From: Eledone cirrhosa | Lineage: Eukaryota | Assembly: GCA_964016885.1 (NCBI GenBank) | Contig: OZ024742.1 | Location: 83,080,001 to 83,144,000, forward strand | Direction of reading: 5' to 3' | DNA: 64,000 nucleotides | Shown: piece after piece, positions 25,329-37,558 of the stretch | How positions within the stretch are numbered: position 1 is the first letter of the stretch | Layout of the letters: every line of letters starts with the position of its first letter | Made by a program: the position numbers and the translations under genes | The notes under the pieces: generated by a model | Seen by the model: the letters and a program-made list of their open reading frames with translations, nothing else | The model's database searches: none | What the model was told of the DNA's origin: nothing

Positions 25329-26729
25329 TTCGATTATAACGATGATATTATTGACAATGGGCCTGGTGTTGAGGAGGAAAATGTGGAATGGGGGGAATTT
25401 GAAGGTAGTAAATATGCACAAACTATTTAGATCAATAGTTTCAAATATCAATTTCCTAATGTGTTCATTTTTTTCGAATTTGTTCAAGTATTGGCTTGTT
25501 TGTAAACTTTCATTTTAGCTGGGGTTTTTTTCTCATTTGATCTTAATATATTTTATTCCACCGTTTATCACTTCTAAACTTTCTTCGTGTAGAGAGATTA
25601 AAAAAAGATTAATAATTTGCTATGTGATGTTTAACAAAAAAAGATTAATAATTTGCAATGTGATGTTTAACAAAAAAAAATAGAATAGAAAATAATGCAA
25701 ATCATGATAAATATGACTAAAATATCTTATGAAAAAATTATAAATACAATATAAAGTAATATAAGAATATATAAAGCAAGAAACATTATTGAATAAATTA
25801 ATAATATATTTAAAATATAATACAAATATATGTAAATGATATAGAAATATAATATTCACAGCAGGTCGTAGCAGACGGATAGTGATATGGCCACAATATC
25901 ATGCCTAGTTGCGTTATTATTGGGTTCCAGCGGCACGAATAAACAGCACCGGACCAAACACCGGTAGCCAACTAGTGGATATTAAGCAATCAGGTCTCTG
26001 TTATCTCGAAGGAAAATTCTCACAACCTGCATAATGAGGCGAGAAATATCCGTCGCAAAAACAGCCTAGACCTCGCGAATCTAAGAAAATGAATGTGTTG
26101 GTGAATAACATGAATACGACCACCAAAAACTACAGTATGATCAGATGTAACAAAAGCAATCATAATGCATTGTCCTACATGCTGTTTACCTAAGGACAAG
26201 TCAAAGACTTAGGTTGAGAGGCTTTTTCGAAAAATATATTGCAGAAACCGTGAAATGTCATTAAAGAACTGGCAATGGGCCTGCGACATATTCTGAGAGG
26301 CGTGGGCTTATCACACAGAAGCTATCTATCCCGATACCTCACAGCGGGTTCAGACTGGAGAATTCAAAATCAATTTGTTACTAGAAGTTTACTATCATTA
26401 GCGATTAGGATGATGATATATTGGAGGATATCAGATGTTACAATAAAATTCCGGGGTTCTGGTACCGTAGATATAGGTGCAGATGTAGAGGTTCGGGTGG
26501 GAATACTCAGAATTTTCCTGTTGACGGAATGTGTGATAGACTCGATCTTATATGGGGGAGGAGGATTTCCCTCTTTCTGCTTAAACTGAAATGTATATGT
26601 GGGTGGTGTAAGTTCATGTTCCATTCAGAAAGTTCAAATACATATCCTCCCTTGAGGAAGTCACTGCAGTGTTAGATGTTGTGAAAACAGAGTCATATAT
26701 TAATGGGAGTTTTCGGTGTTATTGCTGCA

Positions 26730-27060
26730 GCTGATCAACTGACATGGAATGGAGTGATTGGAAGGGATGGTGATCCTGATCTAAATGCAAATGAATGTGC
26801 CTTATAGGAGTTCTGATCTTGTAAGGATATTAATAAGTTTATTTCGTATAAAGTATCGGCGACTGGAGTGAGTAGTTGAAATTTGATTATCTATAATCTG
26901 TTCGATCCTCTGCTATGTATTCGTTTTAAATGAGGGCTTAGCCCTCAACTTCCCATAATCTAGTTATCTGCAACCTGCGACTACCACATTGCTAGTGTAT
27001 CCAGCAGGATAAAGTTAAAAGTGCTGGCTGGGGAGATGTTTTCAGAGGACACTCTGAAAG
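26730..27060 (+). mobile_element. Degraded RTE-clade LINE endonuclease fragment
   Basis: TWNGVIGRDGDPDLNANE..L.EF and a downstream H-N-L-V-I-C-N-L-R stretch homologous to 36320-36375. Confidence 0.6.
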
Positions 27061-28286
27061 TATGTGCAAAATTGGAAAGTATGTGTAAAATATTAACTTC
27101 CTATTTTCAATTCGTTGTTTGGTCTAACCGTTACATAGGTCCATGTGTCTTGGATAATGTCGGAACGAATACAGGCATTAATGTAGGTGGTCGAAATGGG
27201 ATTCCTGGAAAGGTTCTTTGTAGTAACGTTACTCGATATGGTGTGAGCTCGGAGATCAGAGTGTCGATCCAGGTTGGTTTGTTACTTCTTTGTTTTGCCA
27301 GCTGATCTATTAATAAACCTCATGCCCAAAGATATTATTTTGACTAGAGGAAGCGTAAGGAATGCCCGATCAGTCTGACTTTTCTCAATTTCCGTTTGCT
27401 GAAGCGCTAATTTGTGAGACATACATCAAGATATAGTTTCACTCAGGTGCATACACGCACACACCAACTCACATACATTCTCCTATTTAGTTATAAATAT
27501 GCTGTTCTCTCACTCTTTTCCGCGAGAAAGTGCGCCAAGGTTTGATTAGCCATTTATATACAGTTTACCTGAAGATATCATTGGCAAACATCGATCACAC
27601 GACGTATACAGCTTGATTTTAAAACTCCTCAAAAATATATTACATGCTAACAGTCATTCACAATCTATTACAACACATTATGCTTTATAGGAATCCTCCC
27701 ATTCTTAAAAGCTGTTTGATATATAACCTGTCTCAACTATAATCTCCTGTCACGTTTTCCATTTTACGCATTCCCTCCTTTCCAAAAATGAGATGTAATT
27801 CTCAGTATTTACTCATTTTCTCTGTTAGATGCAATAAGTAAATAAATCTAATCCCAGAATTACCTCCGCGCTTCAGCAATTACACATGTTCTGCTACCTC
27901 GCATTTCATTAAAACTTGATCAGTCATGAATATGCAGCTGTCATACATTGATTGAATTTATGTAAGATTGTCAGACCATGAAACCTATGAATTATTTTGT
28001 GTACGAACCATAATGAATTATTGTTTATATATAGAGTGCTTTTATGTCTTGTTGACACACATGGTACATGTAGTTACATACACACAAACGTGTATACATG
28101 TTTATATATGTGTGTGTGAGTGTGTGTCTGCGCGCGTACTACTATGTGTGTGTTTGTGTGTGTGACTATATATACACACACAAACACACACACACATCAC
28201 ACACATCACACACACACACACACTCATATATATATATATACGAAATATGCTACTAAATATAAATAAACGAGTGAATATATATAGAA

Positions 28287-28468
28287 TAATTGTTTCTACT
28301 TTAGGCACAAGGCCAGCAATTATCCCAGTGCATTATTGGTGCTTTACTTAAGGTTGAACGGCAAAGTTAACCTCGGCGGGATTTGAACTCAGACCGTAAA
28401 GAGCCGTAACTCTATGCTGGAAAGTATAGCGTCCGACCCTCTACCGATACTGCCAATCCTCCACCCTC
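28287..28468 (-). mobile_element. Full-length SINE (family A) with TSD
   Basis: atatagaataat at 28279-28290 and 28469-28480; an inverted 3' stub follows at about 28488-28541. Confidence 0.85.
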
Positions 28469-29283
28469 ATATAGAATAATAATATATTCCAGTAATGTAC
28501 TGGGCAATTGCTGGCCTTGTGCCAAAAGTAGAAACAATTATTAGATCGATATAATCGTAAATTTATTTAATTGTATTTGTGATGTTTTGGGTAGAAAGGA
28601 TTACTCTTTCACACAACCACCCCTCATTGGAATGGTGGATTTGGGATTTGGGGAACAGTTAATTAATTAATCTTACAATGCTTTCCGCAACAACCCAAAA
28701 TAAATAAGGATAAAAACATCCTTCAATATCAAGGGATTTTCTAGAAATTTAAATGGCTGAGAGGTGCTTATCTGTAATTCCGAGTGTCCCCCTCCCTTCT
28801 CGCTTCTGTTATTAATGGATATTTTATCACTCCCGCATTTATAAGGTTGGTGTTTTCCACATATACTTTCTTCCCTCTATCTATGGTTATCCACATTCTC
28901 ACAGTCAACCACGCTGATTTTTTCTCGTGATGCAACGGCGATGAGTTTGAGTCATTTCTGATCCAATCCCAAAATAGATAGTCTGGTCATGTCCTACGGA
29001 TGACTGTGGACGACATAACCAAGGTACTATTATGCAGTGAACTTGATAATGGTGCAGGTAATTTAGGCAAACTACTATCCAGATGTAAAGACAAATTGAA
29101 TTACAATCTTAAATCAGTGAATATAACTCTTACTTACTTTGAAGCCCTATTGTTGAACACTGAATATTGAGAAGTCGGTGTGTAAATCAGCAGCTGAACA
29201 GAAATTTCACTTAAAGCATATCCATGACAAATAAACTGAGATGATTGTTGTATCCTCATACTCGAAGTCGATGAGAGAGTCCT

Positions 29284-29379
<96 letters not shown>

Positions 29380-29553
29380 GTATATATATATTAGTTTCAG
29401 AAGATCCCGTTAAGGGTAAAAGCAGCTATTCTTTTCTTAAACTTTAATCTGTTATTTTAATAAATATTTGCTCTACGGTTCTTATATATTTTATATATAT
29501 TTATCCTTATCGAGCCCTCTTTGGATTTTAGTCTTCAAATTTATTAGTATTAC

Positions 29554-29598
<45 letters not shown>

Positions 29599-29602
<4 letters not shown>

Positions 29603-29894
29603 TAAAAAGGAAAAGAAAATGCTGACAAATTTTTCCCAGTGAAAAATAGTATAATTAGGAAATGTATAAATTAGTAATAAGTATTAGTTAGTATTCAGTT
29701 TTAGTTTTAAGCAAAAATCACGAGCACTCTATCTGAAAATTATTTTTGAAAAGCATAAAAAATGCGCAACCTGTAACAACTTAAAACTAAAACTGAATAC
29801 TAACTAATACTTATTCCTAATTTATACTTATTCCTAATTAAACTCTTTCTTCACTGGGAAAAATTAGTCAACATTTTCTTTTCCTTTTTACTAA
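29599..29894 (+). mobile_element. Fold-back PLE tail fragment (~112-bp arms) with an HHR-like motif
   Basis: Arms 29599-29711 / 29780-29894; spacer TTGAAAA gcat aaaaa atgc GCAA cctg TA; second copy at 31670-32055. Confidence 0.7.
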
Positions 29895-29938
29895 TGTGTC
29901 GCACCTCTATTTTACTCGTGTGTCGCACCTCTATTTTA

Positions 29939-30032
<94 letters not shown>

Positions 30033-30156
30033 AATATATATATTTAAAAAAAAAAATAAGACTCCAGTTGCCTTTTCGATTTCATCTCTTTTTCTTTATA
30101 CTTTCACTCGTGTAGGACACCTCGGTTATTTTTCATTTTGTAAAAAAAAGCCTCAC

Positions 30157-30383
<227 letters not shown>

Positions 30384-30431
30384 ACAAGAAAGCGAAGTCA
30401 TTTCAGATATTAAAGTCCTTTAATAATAATA

Positions 30432-30504
30432 CTGTGATACATATTTCAATGACAACAGTGGCCACACGGTTTGGTGCGCCCAGTGCCGTGACATCATCAG
30501 ACAG
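30432..30504 (-). ncRNA. Type I hammerhead with extended (~46 nt) helix II
   Basis: ctgt CTGATGA tgtcacggcactgggcgcac caaacc gtgtggccactgttgtcatt GAAA tatgta TC acag. Confidence 0.7.
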
Positions 30505-30646
30505 CTTGTTACATAATAATGTTATGTTTCCGAGGCAATCCAAATTGAATCGACATGGGAACGGACAAAGCGTGTGCTCTTGAGTTCTTCGCCCGTTCCT
30601 TTGTGAGTCCCAATTCACCCCCACTGGTCTGCGCAGGCGCAAGTCC

Positions 30647-30676
<30 letters not shown>

Positions 30677-30681
<5 letters not shown>

Positions 30682-31633
30682 AAAAAGTATGACCCCGACG
30701 GCAGAGCTTAAGCCGTTTCAACGGCTATTTCTGGACTAAATTAGAATTTTTAGCCTGGTGAATAAATAGCCGAACTTGTCAAGAGGGTACTTCTTTATAT
30801 GGGAAGATTGTAGTTGTCATGGGGATTGGTTAAAATTTGTTGTAAACACAAATAAGTCTATCATGGCATTTGGTGGGAGGTAGGAGTGGCTGAACTTGCC
30901 TGTAGAACAATAGGGGAGTGAGTGGAGCGGTCAAGCGTTGAAAGTGATATGTATACAGCAGATTCTAAGGATAGTGTATGAAGTGGAGGAGGGAGGTTAT
31001 AGAATAGTTAAATCGAATGAGAGTAGGAGACAATAAAAGATACGGCCGCCTTGGACTTTGCCGTTACACTCACACCCATCACTGACCAGGAAAGAAATAT
31101 CATTCTCCACACCAGGAAGACAGTCGTACTTTTCGACAACTCCAAGTGGATAAAGAGAGCTCCTGACTCCCCGTTCGACGTCAGTATGGGCAGCGACGGA
31201 TTCGGCCGAGATCACAGATCTTATAGGATTATTCCTAGTATTTAAACTCACCGAAATTAAATCCTTAGAATCTGCTGTATACATATCACTTTCAACGCTT
31301 GACCGTTCCACTAACTCCCCTATTGTTCTACAGGCAAGTTCAACCACCCCTACCTCCCACCAAATGCCATGATAGACTTATTTGTGTTTACAACAAATGT
31401 TAACCAATCCTCTTGACAACTACAATCTTCCCATATAAGGAAGTACCCCCTTGACAAGTTCGGCTATTTATTCACCAGGCTAAACATTCTAATTTAGTCC
31501 AGAAATAGCCGTCGAAACGGCTTGAGCTATGCCGCCGGGGTGATACTTTTTCCTATTTCCAACTCTACTACCCTAAGTATTGAGTACTCTGGTGCGTTAT
31601 GGTCCATCTGGTTCCTTACCACAATTCCTTTGT

Positions 31634-31640
<7 letters not shown>
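30677..31640 (+). mobile_element. Deleted Naiad-type PLE with ~295-bp inverted arms
   Basis: Arms 30677-30972 / 31261-31556; spacer encodes an RT piece (LDFA...IILHTRK...WIKR...FDVSMGS); (TA)n on both sides. Confidence 0.85.
31446..31541 (+). ncRNA. Hammerhead, U3-A8 variant with ~56-nt helix II (inverted copy at about 30692-30787)
   Basis: cccc TTGACAA gttcggctattt...aaatagccgtc GAAA cggc ttgagctat gccg (C/T)C gggg; sister copies retain GUC. Confidence 0.75.
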
Positions 31641-31673
<33 letters not shown>

Positions 31674-31757
31674 TAAAAAGGAGAAGAAAATGCTGACAGA
31701 TTTTTTCCAGTGAAAAATAGTTTAATTAGGAATAAGTATAAATTAGTAATAAGTAAT

Positions 31758-31942
31758 TGTTTCTACTTTAGGCACAAGGCCAGCAATTACCCAGTGCATT
31801 ACTGGTACTTTATTTTATCGACCCCGTAAGGATGAAAGGCAAAGTCAACCTCGGCGGGATTTGAACTCAGATCGTAAAGGGACGTAACTATGCTGGAAAG
31901 CATGGCGTCCTACCCTCTACCGATACTGCCAATCCACCGCCC
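31758..31942 (-). mobile_element. Full-length SINE (family A) inserted into a PLE tail, 20-bp TSD
   Basis: ataaattagtaataagtaat at 31738-31757 and 31943-31962; the uninterrupted host sequence is seen at 29599-29711. Confidence 0.9.
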
Positions 31943-32279
31943 ATAAATTAGTAATAAGTAATGGTTAGTATTCAGTGTTAGTTTTAAGTTATTTACCGGT
32001 TGCGCATTTCAAATGCTTTTCAAAAATAATTTTCAGGTAGAGCGTTCGTGATTTGGTTGGTTGTTGAATGTCACGTGAATAAACACTATAATTTTGATTG
32101 GTCGGTAGAAGTCTCGTGAATGTTCAATAATAAAAGAGGTGAAATGATGTATAGTATTGTCATAACACGAAGGTGTGTGTGAGTGTGTCCAGATTGTACA
32201 CACTGCAAGGAAATCCATTAGGCCCTGCCGTATGGGATACTTGTGGAAAGAAATGTATGTAGGATGTATATATATATAT

Positions 32280-32346
<67 letters not shown>

Positions 32347-33004
32347 CTACGACGGAGATAACGTATGTAAACACAGAATATGAGCAGGGTGGAAAGTTTC
32401 TCATTATTTTTTAATGCGCATTGATGATATGATATGTGAGAGGTAATTGTTATGTATACGGTCTTCTCAGTCTGTTATTCTAGGGATTCTAATGAGTCTA
32501 TTAACAATACGTGTTTGATTTTTCATTTGTATAAATGATGCTGTGTAGGCAAATGATATAGATAACAGGTATTAATTGATGATGCGATGCCATTTTCTAT
32601 GATTTCTAATGGTTGACTGTCTTCGAAGTTGGCTTGTTTGTGAGGTGCATAAAACTTGTAATTCTCATCTTGAATGTATTTGTGAATTATTTCTGTTTTT
32701 GTATAAATGAAAGAAAAGTGGAATTGACAATATAGAGGTAAAGTAAGTAACTTTGAGATGATCAACAACATAGAAGGAAAGTAAGTAATTTTAAGATGAT
32801 CAACAATATAAAATGAATAACCAAATATAAATGAATGAACAATATATATTTTCTAATAACTTATTTCTAGTCGCTGTTGTGTGTGATGTTCATGTATGTC
32901 AATGCTGTCTGTAATGATGTTGAATGTTTTTTGTAAAATGCCGAATACGGGAGCTATACTTTAATATATAGATTTGGGAAATGCAATGCTGTGGGAATAT
33001 ATCG

Positions 33005-33340
33005 TGAAGGCGGTTGTATTAGGAGTTAGAGCTTTGGGCTTGCAAACGTGAAGTTGTGAGTTCAATTCCGCACCAAGTGACACGTTGTGTCCTTTAGCAA
33101 AACGCTTTATTTAACTTTCTTCCAGTTCATTCAGCTGTAGAAATGAGTCACTAGTTCCAAACTGTATCGGTCTTTACTCTCTCCTCGGATAACATTTATG
33201 AGGCAGGGAGGGGAGAAGGGTACGCATTGGCGAGTGCTTGTCTTCCACAAACAACTTTGCCCTCACTTGTGCCTTGGAGAGAAAATTTCTAGGTTGAAAT
33301 CTCGTGGTTATTCGTGACTGAAGGCGATCTTTATCCTTTA
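33005..33340 (+). mobile_element. tRNA-derived SINE (family B)
   Basis: gagttcaattcc B-box; gttgtgtcctttagcaaaacgcttt; cattcagctgtagaaatgagt. Confidence 0.65.
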
Positions 33341-33559
33341 TACTAGGAATATATTAACGAAATAAGAAATGTAAATGCTGAATAATAAACAGATCTATTT
33401 TTGTTGTTGTTTTTTTGTGCCTGTACTATCATTAGATGTCAGTGTGTTAATTTATAAAAAAGGAAGTTACTTTAATCCACAATTATAAGTTTATAGTGAT
33501 TTAGCACATAGGTTGATATCTGCAGAGGTGACGTCTCTGTGACAATATTTCGATTGTTT

Positions 33560-35400
33560 GGCAATGTATTAGTTAAATGAAAAAATGGGATATAGAGTAT
33601 AAATAGATGCTTTACAGTATACCCTATGCTATGCTATGTTACAACTCCTTTGGACATCATATGATTCGCCTATTCTTTCATGAGCAGTAAATGTATTCAA
33701 CCCTTAAAACCCAATAAACACACAAGAGAAAGCTACATATAACTGTCAATGTGGAAATACTAGCTTGTTTAAATATAGAGCATTCTTCTCAAATATGGTT
33801 TAATCTCACTGATATAGACAATTTAACTGGGAATTTTTACCTGACAAATATAACGGGGAACACATCACTTCACAAAGAAAATGTAACGCTTGGAGTGGAC
33901 ACAGCGTTCCTGTGATGATGGCATTCATTTAAGTTTGCTTTAATAATTTTAGATCTAAATCTTTTGAAGAACTATACGAGTACCATTACACATGTCATCA
34001 TTTAGATCAAACGAATGTGGCAGAATAATGACTGCGTCAATTTTCAATTTTAATACGTATGATGTCAGCCCTGAGACGTTTAATGTATTTAAATATTATG
34101 TTATTAAATGACATGGGTTTCATGACGTCTATGGCTGAATAGAAATGTTTCATCTCAGTAAAGCTCTTAGAATTTTCTCATTGACGAAATCAACATAAAC
34201 ATTTTAGTTGCTAGAACCTAATTTTGGAAAGATTTTCTGTCTCATCAATGCACCCTTCTATGGGACTTGCATCACAAGCAAAGGAAATACGGTTAGTTAG
34301 GCATTGAAGCACATTAAATCTCGGGGGGATATTAATTTCTCTATTTAGTTGTTCTCAGTCGACTACATTTCCTGTGTCGAGCAAAAGGTTGTTGAATTCA
34401 ATTTGTGTTTTTGCTCTGTACTGAATTTTTTGCATATGATTGCTCGAGTCAATGTTGATTTGTTAATCCATAAAAAAGGAAATATGAAATCTTTCATCGA
34501 CAGTCCTGTAGCATGCTAAACGACGACTAATATTGTCCTGACTAATATTATCCAACTCTCTCAAATAATTTTACAAAATCCTCAAAACACATGCTCCAGG
34601 CGAGATAGGCTATTATGATACCTCTCATTGTTCTAATAAATACACTGCAAGCTGTTACGCAGGAGGATATGAATAATAAAATTTGAATTAGAAAATCCTC
34701 TTTATTACATCCTATATTGATAGTGAATGGAATCATCAATTTCAGTTGTGATAGTGTGAGCTTCTTTTGTATTTTGTGTTTGTGTGTAAATATCAGGGAC
34801 CCACTGATTGCTTTTATGAATATAGTTGCTGATATGTTTAACTTACTTAACAGACGTATATACATATATACATAGAAATGGCTTTCAAATTTAAGAGTTA
34901 AGAAGGGAGCAGATACACTATAGTGTATCCGCTGTCGACCATTAAGGACATTTGAGTGTGTGCTGGTTAACTTGCAACTGAATTATTGTGGTTTTCAGAG
35001 AGTATGATAAAGTCATTGAATACTGTTGAATGGAGGAATATTGTATATCAGAAAGGTGATATCTGCTGGACTGTAGTACTAAGAAGCTGGTACGAAAAAT
35101 AGAGATCCCACTTCTAATACTTACAATTTTATATGTTCAAGAATGATGAGATCCTACTAAAATTCAACTAAATCATCTGACTTAAAAATACGAATGGAAT
35201 ATATAACTGAAATACAGAAAATGAAAAACAAAAAGAAACACAAATTTTTCAGTGAAGCTAATATTAAAAAATTGTCGTGTTGTAATTTGAATTTCTCAAC
35301 AATATTCAATGCAGAAAATGAAAAACATATGTAAGTTACGTATGAAAATTTAGCACATATATGATAGACCACAATACAAAGATATTTTACGTCTAAATTA
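33560..35400 (-). mobile_element. Degraded Helitron, Pif1-like helicase region
   Basis: Minus-strand translation gives LNVSGL.SYVLKLK, D.MCNGTRIV, FPVKLSISV.LN and LYL...VFPH*QLYVAFS.V, matching Helitron motifs GLCNGTRL, FPVRLAFAMTINK and VFSHGQLYVA.SRV in order. The upstream boundary is approximate. Confidence 0.75.
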
Positions 35401-35989
35401 TTTTTGTTATAAAAATATCATGGTTGTTTGAACAAATATGAGTTGCCCCAAATAAAGACAAAATGATATAAATAGACAGGTATACAGACATATGTTTACA
35501 GATAAGAAGAACGAGTGCTTATATCAACAACATTTCAAGTTCAATCAATTCAGGCCAATAGAAAATTGGAAATTAAAATGCAGTTGACTCCAATGCAAAT
35601 AAGCATATGATTTTCCTATTATAAAATCTTTTTATTCTTAAATATATAATATTAATATATGATCGTAGTCAAAATTGCAGGAAATAAAAAAAATACGTGA
35701 AAAAGGAAATGTTTTTCAGCGCACATACCTTTCATAAGTTTTGCTACGTGGATTGGATTTATGACAGTTATCATTTCTAATGCACAACAAGAGGCTTGCT
35801 TCAAGCCACGAAACTGAAGGGAGTCCTATAACAGTAATGTGAAGATTTTATATATATATATATATATATATACATATACATATTTATATATATATACATA
35901 TACATACACGCGCACGTTCACACACAAACGTCTATTCTGTGTAAAGTCTACTAGCCACCTTGTTCCGACTCTAGATGTATTTTACCCGA

Positions 35990-36375
35990 TGTTCTAAGCT
36001 ATTATTTGCAACTATCGATTATGGCTATGGTTATTCATTTCAAACCTCCTCAACGTCTCAGTTGCAATTCTCCCTGCCTGCCTCTATCACAAATGCAACT
36101 AGGATAATTTATTTCCAAACCAGGCTTCTCTCTTTACTCGAATGGCATCTTTGATCTCTTGGTTCAACCAAGGTGTCTTCCTGCCATCCGGCGCCACACC
36201 AAGCCCCAATTCTCTGAATTTGGATGCAAAATTATCTGCATACCTGGTCCGGACTTCCTTATCAACCACCATCTCCCACATTATGCTGGGCCTGCCAGGT
36301 TTGTCGGCTTATTTGGCTGTAGGTCTCAAGTTGCAGATAACTAGATGGTGATCAGCTGACAGATCAGCCCCTCTT
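35990..36375 (-). mobile_element. RTE-clade LINE fragment (APE C-terminus and tether)
   Basis: RGADLSADHHLVICNLR and TPWLNQEIKDAIRVKREAW. Confidence 0.7.
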
Positions 36376-37257
36376 TATATATACCCTCAGGTATACTTGT
36401 TTATAAGAAATTGAAGAAACAGAAGCAGATCGTTAAAATATATTTATAAGAAGCTCTTACAGATGTTACGCCCAAGTTTAATTCCTCAGAGGCTCAGAAG
36501 GAAGTAAAGGGTTTAATTATGAACCCTGAATGGGTATGAGTACGATTTTAACATCGAAATTCATATGACGGTGTTACAAAGTTAGATGCTTATGTTTGTG
36601 AACAAAGTGGGGGGTGATTCCGGTGCTATTTGGGAATTATCTGTTAAAATTCATTTCCACTATTATAAAATATTTGTTTATTCCCCTCAGTCTATTTACT
36701 ACGTGCTAATTTGATCATGCTTTGTCAAGCCTGTTTGCAGAGGCATCGTTAAGGTTTGAATGTAAGTGTTTAATAATATTATGGCCGGTGAAACTTATGA
36801 GGCTGCAATTTCAACATAGGTTTAAACGCAGGGAAGTGTAAAGGCATAAACGTCAGGCCCTGCACAATCACATGACTATACGCCCATGGTGTTTAAATGA
36901 TACAATCATCGATCCTGCAGAGATACTCAAGATTTATTCCGTTGGCAATCAGGTCTGGACACATGTAGTGCAACACCCTTGAGGGTGAGGATAATAGTAT
37001 TGTTCACAGAATCTTTAGACCACCGTTTTAAGACACTTCAATTTCTTCGATTATACTTGCTCTGCTTAAATTTGCACACTAAATATTAACGCTTCGAATG
37101 TTTAACCCTGTGTGCGCAAGCATCGAGCACAAAAGCACCTGCTTATGGCAATTAATTATCTCTATCGTCCCCTTCTATAACGCTTCCTCTGTCTCTTCTC
37201 TCTCACGATACTGTAACATTCTATATATATATATATATATATAAACATATATATATA

Positions 37258-37322
<65 letters not shown>

Positions 37323-37359
37323 TATATAAACTGTATATATATTTATATATATTTATATA

Positions 37360-37401
<42 letters not shown>

Positions 37402-37510
37402 TATTTACTGTATATATATATATATATATATTATTTGAGGACGGTCATCTTGCCAATATTGGCAGTAGAAATAAACACAAGCACCATATAATTTTCACTT
37501 TCACTCTCAG

Positions 37511-37558
<48 letters not shown>

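Noticed and set aside
25129-25518. Poly-Q/N/I ORF, and the many [12 protein letters not shown] and HTHT ORFs elsewhere
   Set aside because: Translations of microsatellites.
28380-28468. tRNA genes at SINE heads
   Set aside because: A/B boxes continue into SINE bodies; no complete cloverleaf.
36445-36500. HHR-like CTGAGGA...GTAA-catctg-TA on the minus strand
   Set aside because: Helix II does not pair and the GAAA is altered.
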